Assembly: GCA_016286035.1 (NCBI GenBank)
Contig: JAEERY010000020.1
Location: 244,020 to 308,019, forward strand
Length of the DNA: 64,000 bases
Reading direction: 5' to 3'
Source of the DNA: Lachnospiraceae bacterium
GTDB taxonomy: Bacteria; Bacillota; Clostridia; Lachnospirales; Lachnospiraceae
Part shown: positions 32,178 to 42,016 of the stretch, piece after piece
Numbering within the stretch: position 1 is the stretch's first letter
Layout: each line of letters opens with the position of its first letter
The notes under the pieces: model-generated
Told to the model about the DNA's origin: nothing
The model's input: only the letters and a program-made list of their open reading frames with translations
The model's database searches: none
Made by a program: the position numbers and the translations under genes

Positions 32178-33944
32178 ATGACACAAAAAAACAGACAGAT
32201 AATTAAATATGTTTTGATGGCGCTGATGGCATTTGCTGTTTCGGTTTCTATTGCGCAGATAAGCGATTACGGTATCACAGGTATAGAACTGATGTTACCA
32301 TGCGTTTTTGCGCTTTCTTTTGTTGTATATAACAGGACATCAAAACTATTTTTAGGGGATTATGCTGTAAGGGCACGTAAGGACCTTCGATTTGCGATAC
32401 CGCTGGGAGTTGTTATGGCACTTGGAAGTGTTATCGGAAGCAAGATAGATTTGGACGAGCGTGTTTTTGGCTCTGTCGGTGCAGCAGATTTTATATATGT
32501 GATCTTTCTTATCCCGTTTTTTACTTCAATTCTTTTGCTTCTTTTTTTTTCGCTCGGAGCGGTAACGTTAACAGGGACCGCTCAGAAAGATGATTCTTTT
32601 TCAAAGAGTAAGATAATCAAAAAATGCGCATGTTATATGGCAGTCATGCTTGTATGCTGGTTGCCTTATTTTCTTACATATTTTCCGGGTGGTATAGGCA
32701 GTGATGATTTTGAAAGCATTTCCATGTGTCTCGGGATAATCCCGTGGACAAATCATCATCCTGTATTCTTTACGGCGCTGATTAATGTATTCATAAAACT
32801 TTTTGGTAATAGTTCGCTGACTTTAGCTTTAGGGATCATGACCGGCTGTCAGATGATACTCTTCTCATTTGTATTATCACTTATACTTGTTTGGCTTGAA
32901 AAAAGAAGTGTTAAAAAAGGCTTCGTCTACACAGCACTTGGATTCTTTTGCGTTCATCCGATAATTGCGATGTATTCCATATATCTGACAAAGGATATTC
33001 CTTTTGCAATGGCGGTAATATTGCTGGTACTTTGCCTTTATGACATATGTACTTCTCAAAAGCCTAGGTATGTTGCTTTGGCGGTTCTGTCGTTGCTGAC
33101 GATGATAACAAGAAATAACGGTGCATTCATGGTGGGAGCAATGGCTGTCTTTTTGCTTGTATATCTAAAAGAACACCGTAAGCAGTTGGTTATAGTCTTT
33201 TTTATCGTCTTCTTGGTCAATGCTCTTTATAAGAATGTCTTATGGCCTGCTGTCGGGATTGAGAAACAGTCTTTCGTCGAATCGGCATCGATCCCGCTTA
33301 CACAGGTTGCATACACGATCTATACCGACGGAACGATAGACCCCGAATACAGGGAGTATCTTGAAAGTATTATGCCGTTTGATGAGGTTAAGAAAAACTT
33401 TCTTCCGGGATATGTTGATACATATAAGTTTGATGATTCTTTTGATGCATCTGTGATCGATGATGATCCGGGCAGATTCATAAAGATCTGGTTTAATCTT
33501 CTGGGAAGGAATTTTGGCTGTTATGTTGAAGCATATCTTTTTGAGACATGCGGGTACTGGCATTACGGTATCACAAATACGGTGGCAACTGAAGGAGTAC
33601 AGCCAAACTCGCTGGGAATAACGGGAGTTGATGTTATTGACAGTGTAACAGGACACTCGCTTAAAGGGATACTCGAAGAACTGGTACTTATTGCCAGAAA
33701 GCTTCCTTTGCTCTGCATGCTGAGCCAAATGGCGATAGAGTTTCTTGCGGTCATCCTTCTTATCTTAAGATATTTAAGGGCCGGGAAGAAAAATATGGTA
33801 TGTACCATGATACCGTTTGTCGCTTTATGGCTGTCGGTAATGCTTGCCACACCGGCTTATTGCCTGTTCAGATATATGTGTCCGGTATTCTTTATGTGGC
33901 CTGTTCTGATAGCACAATTTTTTGCCAATACACGTAAAGAATGA
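32178..33944 (+). CDS. large polytopic membrane protein (putative GT-C-like or polymerase)
   Basis: 588 aa, more than 12 TM. Confidence 0.35.
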   Translation: MTQKNRQIIKYVLMALMAFAVSVSIAQISDYGITGIELMLPCVFALSFVVYNRTSKLFLGDYAVRARKDLRFAIPLGVVMALGSVIGSKIDLDERVFGSVGAADFIYVIFLIPFFTSILLLLFFSLGAVTLTGTAQKDDSFSKSKIIKKCACYMAVMLVCWLPYFLTYFPGGIGSDDFESISMCLGIIPWTNHHPVFFTALINVFIKLFGNSSLTLALGIMTGCQMILFSFVLSLILVWLEKRSVKKGFVYTALGFFCVHPIIAMYSIYLTKDIPFAMAVILLVLCLYDICTSQKPRYVALAVLSLLTMITRNNGAFMVGAMAVFLLVYLKEHRKQLVIVFFIVFLVNALYKNVLWPAVGIEKQSFVESASIPLTQVAYTIYTDGTIDPEYREYLESIMPFDEVKKNFLPGYVDTYKFDDSFDASVIDDDPGRFIKIWFNLLGRNFGCYVEAYLFETCGYWHYGITNTVATEGVQPNSLGITGVDVIDSVTGHSLKGILEELVLIARKLPLLCMLSQMAIEFLAVILLILRYLRAGKKNMVCTMIPFVALWLSVMLATPAYCLFRYMCPVFFMWPVLIAQFFANTRKE

Positions 33945-33989
33945 TAAAATATCTTTATATGAATACTAAATCAAGAAAAAGGGGAATAT

Positions 33990-34919
33990 ATGGATAAGAT
34001 CGCGGTACTTATACCCTGTTACAATGAAGAGAAGACGATAGCTAAGGTGGTTAGTGATACTATCGCTGCGCTTCCCGAGGCGGTTGTATATGTATATGAC
34101 AATAACTCTTCAGACAAGACAGTGGAACTTGCCGGACAGGCAGGAGCTGTTATCAGACATGAATACATGCAGGGTAAGGGAAATGTAATCAGAAGAATGT
34201 TTCGTGAGATAGATGCGCAGTGTTACATCATGGTTGATGGAGATGACACATACCCCATGGAATATGCCAAGCAGATGAGTGATCTGGTGCTTAAGCATAA
34301 TGCCGATATGGTGGTTGGTGACAGGCTTTCGAGCACATACTTCACTGAGAACAAACGCCCGTTTCACAATTTTGGAAACAGTCTTGTGAGAAAGAGCATC
34401 AACCAGCTTTTTGACTGTGACATCAAGGACATAATGACAGGCTATCGGGCTTTCAGCTATCAGTTTGTAAAAACGTTTCCGGTTTTGTCTAAAGGTTTTG
34501 AGATAGAGACCGAGATGACGATACATGCAGTCAGCAACAACATGCAGGTTGAAAATGTGATAGTCGAGTACAGAGACAGGCCGGAAGGCAGTGAATCAAA
34601 GCTCAATACCTATTCGGACGGCATGAAAGTCATATTTACTATAATACGCTTGTTCAGGGAGTATAAACCGTTTAACTTTTTCTCTCTGCTGGCGTTTATC
34701 CTTTTGGCGATTGCTGTCGGTTTCTTTGTTCCGGTATTTATTGATTATCTCAATACCGGACTTGTTGCAAAGTTCCCGACTCTTATTGCATGTGGATTCG
34801 TAGGGCTTGCCGCAGTACAGTCATTCTTTGCGGGAATGATACTGCAGAACATTGCACAGAAAAACAGAAAAGATTATGAGATGGATCTGATAAAGCTGTC
34901 CATGAGAAAGGATAAATAA
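33990..34919 (+). CDS. GT2 polyprenyl-phosphate glycosyltransferase (GtrB/CsbB-like) with C-terminal TM pair
   Basis: IAVLIPCYNEEKTI...VYVYDNNSSDKT, followed by two C-terminal TM helices. Confidence 0.75.
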   Translation: MDKIAVLIPCYNEEKTIAKVVSDTIAALPEAVVYVYDNNSSDKTVELAGQAGAVIRHEYMQGKGNVIRRMFREIDAQCYIMVDGDDTYPMEYAKQMSDLVLKHNADMVVGDRLSSTYFTENKRPFHNFGNSLVRKSINQLFDCDIKDIMTGYRAFSYQFVKTFPVLSKGFEIETEMTIHAVSNNMQVENVIVEYRDRPEGSESKLNTYSDGMKVIFTIIRLFREYKPFNFFSLLAFILLAIAVGFFVPVFIDYLNTGLVAKFPTLIACGFVGLAAVQSFFAGMILQNIAQKNRKDYEMDLIKLSMRKDK

Positions 34920-36229
34920 TGAAGATAGCAGTTGCAGGCACAGGCTATGTGGGACTGGTCGCGGGGGTATGCTTCGCGGAGGTTGGCCACGATGTTACCT
35001 GTGTCGATGTTGATGAAGCAAAAGTAAAAGTGATGGAAAGCGGTGTTTCACCGATATACGAAGACGGTCTTGAGGAACTGATGAAAAAGAACAATGCGAC
35101 GGGACGTCTTCATTATACGACGGATTATGCAAGCGCATATGCAAACGCCGAAGCGATATTTATAGGAGTTGGTACTCCTGAAATGCCTGACGGCAGTGCA
35201 AACTTGAGTTATATCGCTACAGTATGCAGACAGATAGCGGAATCGGTGGAGCATGACTGTCTGGTGGTAGTAAAATCGACGGTTCCGGTAGGCACGAATG
35301 ACAAGGTCGAACAGTTTATAAAGGATTCTCTTGAAAAAGATGTCAAGATCGAAGTAGCATCCAATCCGGAGTTTTTAGCGCAGGGAACAGCAGTACACGA
35401 TACTCTTCATGCGGCAAGGATAATAATCGGAACAGAATCAAAGGAAGCTGAAGCCAAGCTCATGGAGATATATGAACCGTTTGGTCTTCCCATTGTTTCC
35501 GTTAAGAGAAGAAGTGCTGAGATGATCAAGTATGCATGCAACGATTTTCTTGCACTGAAGATATCATATATGAATGATATTGCAAATCTTTGTGAACTCG
35601 TGGGAGCAGACATAGAGGATGTTGCAAAAGGCATGAGCTATGATGCCAGGATCGGTGAGAGATTTTTGAATGCCGGTATCGGGTTTGGCGGAAGCTGTTT
35701 CCCCAAGGATACGAAAGCGCTTAAGTTCCTTGCGAAACAGAACGGCTATGAACTAAAGACCGTTGAAGCATGTGTTGATGTCAATACCAGACAAAAGACT
35801 AAGATGTTTAATAAGGCAAAGGACAGAATGATCACATTTGACGGACTTAAAGTTGCGGTATTGGGGTTGACTTTCAAGTCCGGCACGGATGATCTGAGAG
35901 AGGCTCCTTCGGTTGAAAATATAAAACTTCTGCTTGAGCAGGGCGCAAACATCTATGCATATGATCCTGCGGGGGTTCCGAGGGCTAAACAGCAGTTTCC
36001 TGAAGGGACTATAGGAAGAGGAAGCATCACATATGTGGATGATCCCAAGGAAGCCTTAGAGAGAGCAAATATCTGTTTCGTGTTTACCGAGTGGCCACAG
36101 ATAAGAGAAGTAAAGCCTGCCAGTTACAAGGAGTTGATGAAGACGCCTCTCGTATACGACGGTAGAAATCTCTATGGACTTAAAGAGATGAAAGATGCCG
36201 GAGTAGAGTATTACAGTGTAGGAAGGTAG
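34919..36229 (+). CDS. ugd: UDP-glucose 6-dehydrogenase
   Basis: MKIAVAGTGYVGLV Rossmann N-terminus and catalytic GGSCFPKD. Confidence 0.85.
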   Translation: MKIAVAGTGYVGLVAGVCFAEVGHDVTCVDVDEAKVKVMESGVSPIYEDGLEELMKKNNATGRLHYTTDYASAYANAEAIFIGVGTPEMPDGSANLSYIATVCRQIAESVEHDCLVVVKSTVPVGTNDKVEQFIKDSLEKDVKIEVASNPEFLAQGTAVHDTLHAARIIIGTESKEAEAKLMEIYEPFGLPIVSVKRRSAEMIKYACNDFLALKISYMNDIANLCELVGADIEDVAKGMSYDARIGERFLNAGIGFGGSCFPKDTKALKFLAKQNGYELKTVEACVDVNTRQKTKMFNKAKDRMITFDGLKVAVLGLTFKSGTDDLREAPSVENIKLLLEQGANIYAYDPAGVPRAKQQFPEGTIGRGSITYVDDPKEALERANICFVFTEWPQIREVKPASYKELMKTPLVYDGRNLYGLKEMKDAGVEYYSVGR

Positions 36230-36267
36230 TGTATCGGTTTTAGAAGAAGAGAAGGATTAAGGGGATT

Positions 36268-37161
36268 ATGAAAATACAACAATTAAGCGGAGGGTTTGCC
36301 AGTCAGGTGTTTCAGTATGTGTTCATGAGATATGGACAGATGTCTGATCCCAATGAAGAGTGGTATCTTGATGATTCGGATTTCTTTATTAAAGATAAGT
36401 ATAACGGTTATGAGCTTGAGAAGGTGTTCGGAGTAAAGCCGATGCTTTTAAGCGATTACTATGAGCCGGAAAAATGGAAATCCATGATAGAACAAAAGAA
36501 AAAGGGTACGAGCATTCCGCAGATCTTAAAGGATGAAGGAATGGATATCGTTATGTATGCCGACAATGACGGCTATAAAACAGATAACCCCTTTGACGGT
36601 GAAGTGTACAGGATGCTGCCGGAAGGAGGCTTTTATCCTGAGATCGCGAAACTTGAAAAACCTGTTGTGTATTATCATGGAGAATGGGTTGAGAAAAACT
36701 GGTTTGACTGTTACAGGGATATCTTTTTAAAGGAGCTTAAGTTCCCTGAGATAAAGAGCAAACAGGCGCTGCTTTACAAAGATAAGATACTAAACGGTAT
36801 TTCTGTCGGAATGCATATCAGAAGAGGGGATTATGTCAAGATTGGTATAGATCTTGACAGCAAGTATTACTTCAATGCACTCAAGGACCTTTCGGAACAT
36901 TATGATGATTTTACGGTATATGTATTCTCTGATGATCTTTTCTGGTGTAATCAGAATGCTTATCAGCTCGGACTGAATTTTGCACCCAGGATCGAATATA
37001 TATCGGGGAATATGGGAAAGGAAAGCTATGTTGATCTTCAGCTTATGAGTATGTGCAATGTTGTGATAATGGCAAACAGTGCATTTTCTTTCCTTGCAGG
37101 TCTTATGGATACGAGACTTGATTACTTTATCGATCCGTGGACAGGAGAATGGGGTAAATGA
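36268..37161 (+). CDS. glycosyltransferase family 11-like (alpha-1,2-fucosyltransferase family)
   Basis: N-terminal SGGFASQVFQY (compare GGLGNQMFQYA) and HIRRGDY motif. Confidence 0.55.
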   Translation: MKIQQLSGGFASQVFQYVFMRYGQMSDPNEEWYLDDSDFFIKDKYNGYELEKVFGVKPMLLSDYYEPEKWKSMIEQKKKGTSIPQILKDEGMDIVMYADNDGYKTDNPFDGEVYRMLPEGGFYPEIAKLEKPVVYYHGEWVEKNWFDCYRDIFLKELKFPEIKSKQALLYKDKILNGISVGMHIRRGDYVKIGIDLDSKYYFNALKDLSEHYDDFTVYVFSDDLFWCNQNAYQLGLNFAPRIEYISGNMGKESYVDLQLMSMCNVVIMANSAFSFLAGLMDTRLDYFIDPWTGEWGK

Positions 37162-38291
37162 TGATCACATATGATTATCTTATAGTAGGTGCTGGATTAT
37201 ATGGCGCCGTGTTCGCTCATGAGATGACAAAGAAAGGCAGACATTGTCTTGTCATTGACAGGAGGGATCACATAGCCGGAAACATCTACACTAAAAAATG
37301 GGCGGACATTGATGTACACTGGTACGGAGCTCATATCTTTCATACAAGCAATAAAAATGTTTGGGATTATGTGAATGAGTTTGCAGAGTTCAATAACTTT
37401 GTCAATTCACCGTTGGCGGTATACAAGGACGAACTTTATAATCTTCCGTTCAACATGAACACATTTTCAAAGATGTGGGGTATCCGCACTCCGGATGAGG
37501 CGAAAAAGATCATAGCAGATCAGATCGCAGCCGAAAAGATAACCGGGGATGCGAAGAATCTTGAAGAACATGCTATTTCCATGGTGGGAAGGGATGTTTA
37601 TGAGAAACTAATCAAAGGTTATACCGAAAAGCAGTGGGGAAGAGACTGTAGTGAACTGCCTGCATTTATAATCAAGAGACTTCCTTTGAGATTCACATAT
37701 GATAACAATTATTTCAATGACCGTTACCAGGGAATACCGATAGGCGGTTACACTCAGATAGTTGAGAAGCTCTTAGAAGGATCTCATGTGATGCTGGGTG
37801 TCGATTACAGGGATATAAAAGAAAAGCAAAAAAGCAAGACTCTGGATTTTGATTTTAAAAAGATCTTGTATACGGGAATGATCGATGAGTATTTCGATTA
37901 CTGCCTTGGAGAATTGGAATACAGATCTTTAAGATTTGAGCATGCGCTTTTGGAGGGGGTAGAAAACTATCAGGGCAATGCTGTTGTTAATTATACGGAG
38001 AGACAGGTGCCCTATACAAGGATAATCGAACATAAGCATTTCGATTTCGGTAAGCAGAAGGATACGGTCATAACAAAGGAATACCCTAAGAGCTGGGTAA
38101 AGGGAGATGAACCGTATTATCCTGTAAACAATGATAAGAACAATGAACTGTATCAAAGATACAGTGAGCTTGCATACAAAGAAGAGAATGTGATCTTTGG
38201 CGGAAGGCTCGGAAAATACAGATATTACGACATGGACAAGATAATAGAGGCAGCACTGGAATGTGTCGGGAAAGAAGTTGACATACAGTAA
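37158..38291 (+). CDS. glf: UDP-galactopyranose mutase
   Basis: YDYLIVGAGLYGAVFA...HIAGNIYT is near-identical to the Glf N-terminus. Confidence 0.9.
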   Translation: MMITYDYLIVGAGLYGAVFAHEMTKKGRHCLVIDRRDHIAGNIYTKKWADIDVHWYGAHIFHTSNKNVWDYVNEFAEFNNFVNSPLAVYKDELYNLPFNMNTFSKMWGIRTPDEAKKIIADQIAAEKITGDAKNLEEHAISMVGRDVYEKLIKGYTEKQWGRDCSELPAFIIKRLPLRFTYDNNYFNDRYQGIPIGGYTQIVEKLLEGSHVMLGVDYRDIKEKQKSKTLDFDFKKILYTGMIDEYFDYCLGELEYRSLRFEHALLEGVENYQGNAVVNYTERQVPYTRIIEHKHFDFGKQKDTVITKEYPKSWVKGDEPYYPVNNDKNNELYQRYSELAYKEENVIFGGRLGKYRYYDMDKIIEAALECVGKEVDIQ

Positions 38292-40423
38292 TGGCACAAA
38301 AAGTTGAATCTTCTTCACAAGTAAATAACAGCAGTGTAAGAGATCAGCATATTAACTTGATCCCGATGGACTGGATCAGCGGATTTGATGTCAGACCCGG
38401 ATTCTATGAGATCAACGGGGCTACACCTATTCCGGGAGGCGTTAACTTTACTATCCAGTCGTCACAGGCAACTTATTGCGAGTTGCTGCTGTTTAACAGG
38501 CGAGAGAGCGAACCTTTTGCTATCCTCCCGTTTCCGGAGCATTATCGGATAGGAAATGTCTTTTCGATGATAGTATTCGGCGTCAGTATAGAAGGCCTTG
38601 AATACGCATATCGAATGGACGGCCCCAACGATCCTTCAAAAGGTCTTTTGTTTGACAGAGAGAATATCCTGCTTGATCCTTATGCAAAGGCGGTGGCCGG
38701 ACTTCGAGAATTCGGAGTTGATGAGGTTGATTATTCCGGATACAGAGCAAGAGTTGTTAAGGATGATTTCGATTGGGAAGACAGCAGGCAGCCGCTTACT
38801 CCCATGGAGGATGTTATCATATATGAACTGCATGTTCGCGGATTCACTATGGATCCTTCTTCGGGTGTAAGATTTCCCGGAACATTTGACGGAATAAGAG
38901 AAAAGGTTCCTTATCTTAAAGCACTTGGTGTTACTGCGGTGGAACTCATGCCTATATTTGAGTTTGATGAGATGCATGATCACAGGGAATATGACGGTCA
39001 TCAGCTCATAGACTACTGGGGATATAACACAGTCAACTATTTCTCGCCCAATACCGCATACTGTTCACAACCTGAATACAACAAGGAGGGTAATGAACTC
39101 AAGCGGCTTGTGAAACTGCTCAACGAGAACGGAATAGAAGTTTATCTGGACGTAGTTTTCAACCATACGGCTGAAGGAAATGAACAGGGCCCGATATTTT
39201 CTTTTAAGGGTATTGATAACAATGTATACTACATGCTGACACCCGAAGGATACTATTACAACTTCTCTGGGTGCGGAAATACACTTAACTGTAATCATCC
39301 CGTTGTGAGAAGGATGATACTCGACTGTTTGAGATACTGGGTCATTGCATACAGGATAGACGGATTCAGATTCGATCTGGCATCGATCCTTGGAAGATAC
39401 AAGGACGGATCACCGATGGCCAATCCTCCTCTTTTGGAGGCACTTGCATTCGATCCCATACTCAGCAAAGTGAAACTTATCGCCGAGGCGTGGGATGCGG
39501 GCGGCATGTATCAGGTCGGTTCATTCCCCAACTGGAAGAGGTGGGTTGAATGGAACGGCAAATACAGAGATGATATCAGAAGCTTTTTGAAGGGTGATGA
39601 TTATAAGGGGCAGGTGGCAGCCAACAGGATAAGCGGTTCGCCTGATATATACAATCCCGAAGACAGAGGATGTTTTGCGTCCGTAAACTTTATCACCTGT
39701 CATGACGGATTCACTCTTCATGACCTTTATGCCTATAATTGTAAGCATAATGAAGCGAACGGATGGAACAATACAGACGGAGCAAATGATAACTACTCAT
39801 GGAACTGCGGATATGAGGGCGAGACTGATGATAAGGAAGTAAATGACTTAAGAGCCCGACTTGTGAAGAACGCCTGTGTTGTATTAATGCTCAGTCGCGG
39901 AATACCGATGTTTCTGGCGGGAGATGAGTTTGGCAATACACAGTTTGGAAATAACAATGCGTATTGTCATGATAATGAGATATCATGGCTTGACTGGAGC
40001 CTTCTTGATAAAAACAGAGATCTTTTTGAATTCTTCCAGTATATGATATGGTTCAGAAAGATGCATAGGATAGTAAGAGTCGATACCGAGATGTGTTCTC
40101 TCAATTATCCGTTTATTTCTCATCATGGTCTGCAGCCTTTCTGGCCTGACTATAACAGTAACCATCATTATGTCGGTATCATGTATGCGGGCAGGAACCG
40201 CAATGGTGAAGATGAGCTTGTATATGTGGCAATCAATGCGTTTTGGAATCCGCAGACATTTACCCTGCCACAGGCACCTGAGGGAAGAAGGTTTTATGTT
40301 GTCATAGATACATACAAGGAACAGAGTGTCGTTCAGGATATCATCCCCGTGCTTGGTCCGATCACCATAATGCCGAGAACGGTAATGGTAATGGAGACAT
40401 ATCCGATAATAGATCATTCATAA
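38291..40423 (+). CDS. glgX: glycogen debranching enzyme / isoamylase-type GH13 (GlgX-like)
   Basis: CBM48-like N-terminus and GH13 regions (GFRFDLASIL, YVAINAFW...). Confidence 0.75.
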   Translation: MAQKVESSSQVNNSSVRDQHINLIPMDWISGFDVRPGFYEINGATPIPGGVNFTIQSSQATYCELLLFNRRESEPFAILPFPEHYRIGNVFSMIVFGVSIEGLEYAYRMDGPNDPSKGLLFDRENILLDPYAKAVAGLREFGVDEVDYSGYRARVVKDDFDWEDSRQPLTPMEDVIIYELHVRGFTMDPSSGVRFPGTFDGIREKVPYLKALGVTAVELMPIFEFDEMHDHREYDGHQLIDYWGYNTVNYFSPNTAYCSQPEYNKEGNELKRLVKLLNENGIEVYLDVVFNHTAEGNEQGPIFSFKGIDNNVYYMLTPEGYYYNFSGCGNTLNCNHPVVRRMILDCLRYWVIAYRIDGFRFDLASILGRYKDGSPMANPPLLEALAFDPILSKVKLIAEAWDAGGMYQVGSFPNWKRWVEWNGKYRDDIRSFLKGDDYKGQVAANRISGSPDIYNPEDRGCFASVNFITCHDGFTLHDLYAYNCKHNEANGWNNTDGANDNYSWNCGYEGETDDKEVNDLRARLVKNACVVLMLSRGIPMFLAGDEFGNTQFGNNNAYCHDNEISWLDWSLLDKNRDLFEFFQYMIWFRKMHRIVRVDTEMCSLNYPFISHHGLQPFWPDYNSNHHYVGIMYAGRNRNGEDELVYVAINAFWNPQTFTLPQAPEGRRFYVVIDTYKEQSVVQDIIPVLGPITIMPRTVMVMETYPIIDHS

Positions 40424-40431
40424 TGTCGTAC

Positions 40432-40462
40432 AAAAAAGGATAGCTTTTGGCTATCCTTTTTC
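40432..40462. terminator. bidirectional terminator between convergent genes
   Basis: A-run, GGATAGC..GCTATCC stem, T-run. Confidence 0.6.
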
Positions 40463-40477
40463 TGTGCATGTCTAAGT

Positions 40478-41794
40478 CTAACAATAAGAGTTGAACATAA
40501 AGCCTGAATAAGCACTTGCAGTGTACGGGCTGGTATAATTCTTGCCCGGATTCTTGTAAGCCACCACAGTCTTGTTCAGATATTCAACCGGGTTAACCGA
40601 AATCTGGTTACTCTTTCTCAAAATCGATGAAGTGAATTTCTTGATAACTTCCACCGAATCTGGACCGTTTGAATTTGTTATATAGTCAGTAAGAACATCC
40701 TTGTTCATGCCAAGAGTACCGCCTTTTTCGAGCGAGATGCCCATCTTTTCCATTTCTGACTGGTAAGTTCGTGTGATTCCGTTAAGCTCTGCGAAAAGAT
40801 TGTTGGTTTTCATCACATCTGCCGAATAGGTATTCATAGAGTTGATGAAGCCGTTATAACTGTCCACAAGGTTTGTTATGTTTTCAACAGCTGCTTCTAT
40901 GTCAGGCTTTACTCCTACCGTTGCCGTTATACCCGGCTGTGGAGAAATATTGTTAAGTTTGATCTCAAAATGCTTATCAAGCAGGAAGATATTCGAAGGT
41001 GAACTGACATTTTCACCATTGATCACCAGTTCGGCATCTTTTGACTGCCTTGCCACGTAATCAATGCCCAGGTAGGGAACAGATCCTGAAACCTTTCTGT
41101 CACTTGAGTCTGCTATAGTAAATGCTCCGGCTGTCTCATTGGCGTGATCACCTGTCTGAAGCGATTCTATCCTGAGAGCTGCATTACCTCTGTCATCCTC
41201 CTCCACTGATGAAGAAAGACGGATGTTTGCATTGTTGATAAGTCTTGATAACTTGTTCTGTATATCGAAATTTGTTTCGCTTTCGTAGATATTATACTGG
41301 AACTCGTAACCCTGACCGCCGACTGATACATCAAATGCATATTTACCCGGAGTTATGTCTCTTGTGTCCTTTGGCAGATACATACCTAAATTTACCTGCG
41401 GAGTCGCAAGTGATTTCACTTCGATATCATATGTTTTGTTGACTGCAGTCGGTTCATTATCGTCACCGGAGTAATACTGTGCGGAAAGTATACCTTCGTC
41501 TGTAGAATAAGCTATTCGTGCATCAAGCTCCAGATTTTCTGCATCACCCATAACAGACACAATGTTATTATGGAGAACTCTGGATTCTTCTTTAAGACCG
41601 ATAACACATTCTCTTGATTCTTCGGAAGTATCGATTTTGTAGAGGGGAGCATCACGATTAACCCTAACCATAGAGTTGTAGATATTCTTCAACTCAGATC
41701 GCTTATGGGCATCATAACGACTGTTGCTCTTTTGCGGAGCGTATGTCGTGAGATATTGATTGTAGACATTGCTTAGAACTAAGTTATTAGCCAT
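40478..41794 (-). CDS. FliD-like filament cap protein (hook-associated protein 2 family), divergent
   Basis: GGAGGGGG RBS. Internal KTYDIEVKSLATPQVN resembles the FliD GSYKVKVLSLASAAQN block. C-terminal GISLEKGGTLGMNKDVLTDYI...PDSVEVIKKF resembles FliD_C. No other flagellar genes in window. Confidence 0.4.
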   Translation of the reverse strand: MANNLVLSNVYNQYLTTYAPQKSNSRYDAHKRSELKNIYNSMVRVNRDAPLYKIDTSEESRECVIGLKEESRVLHNNIVSVMGDAENLELDARIAYSTDEGILSAQYYSGDDNEPTAVNKTYDIEVKSLATPQVNLGMYLPKDTRDITPGKYAFDVSVGGQGYEFQYNIYESETNFDIQNKLSRLINNANIRLSSSVEEDDRGNAALRIESLQTGDHANETAGAFTIADSSDRKVSGSVPYLGIDYVARQSKDAELVINGENVSSPSNIFLLDKHFEIKLNNISPQPGITATVGVKPDIEAAVENITNLVDSYNGFINSMNTYSADVMKTNNLFAELNGITRTYQSEMEKMGISLEKGGTLGMNKDVLTDYITNSNGPDSVEVIKKFTSSILRKSNQISVNPVEYLNKTVVAYKNPGKNYTSPYTASAYSGFMFNSYC

Positions 41795-41905
41795 ATCAAG
41801 CCCCCTCCTTTCTTCCGTGATAAGAGTTTACAATCCTTTGTAAGGCTCTGACTATAATTTGCCTATAGTAATAGACAGTATTACATGCTCATCGTATCAC
41901 AGTTC

Positions 41906-41935
41906 TTGTCAAATAGCAATAATTTTTCTAAAAAT
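41906..41935 (+). promoter_or_regulatory. candidate sigma-A promoter for pilT (TTGTCA-17-TAAAAA)
   Basis: -35 hexamer is good, -10 is weak. Read by eye only. Confidence 0.25.
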
Positions 41936-42016
41936 ATTTTTTTTTTCTTTAATAATTCTCACAAATAGAGTAAAATTGAAATACAGTTGTATTAATATGT
42001 GGAAAGGAATAAGGAT

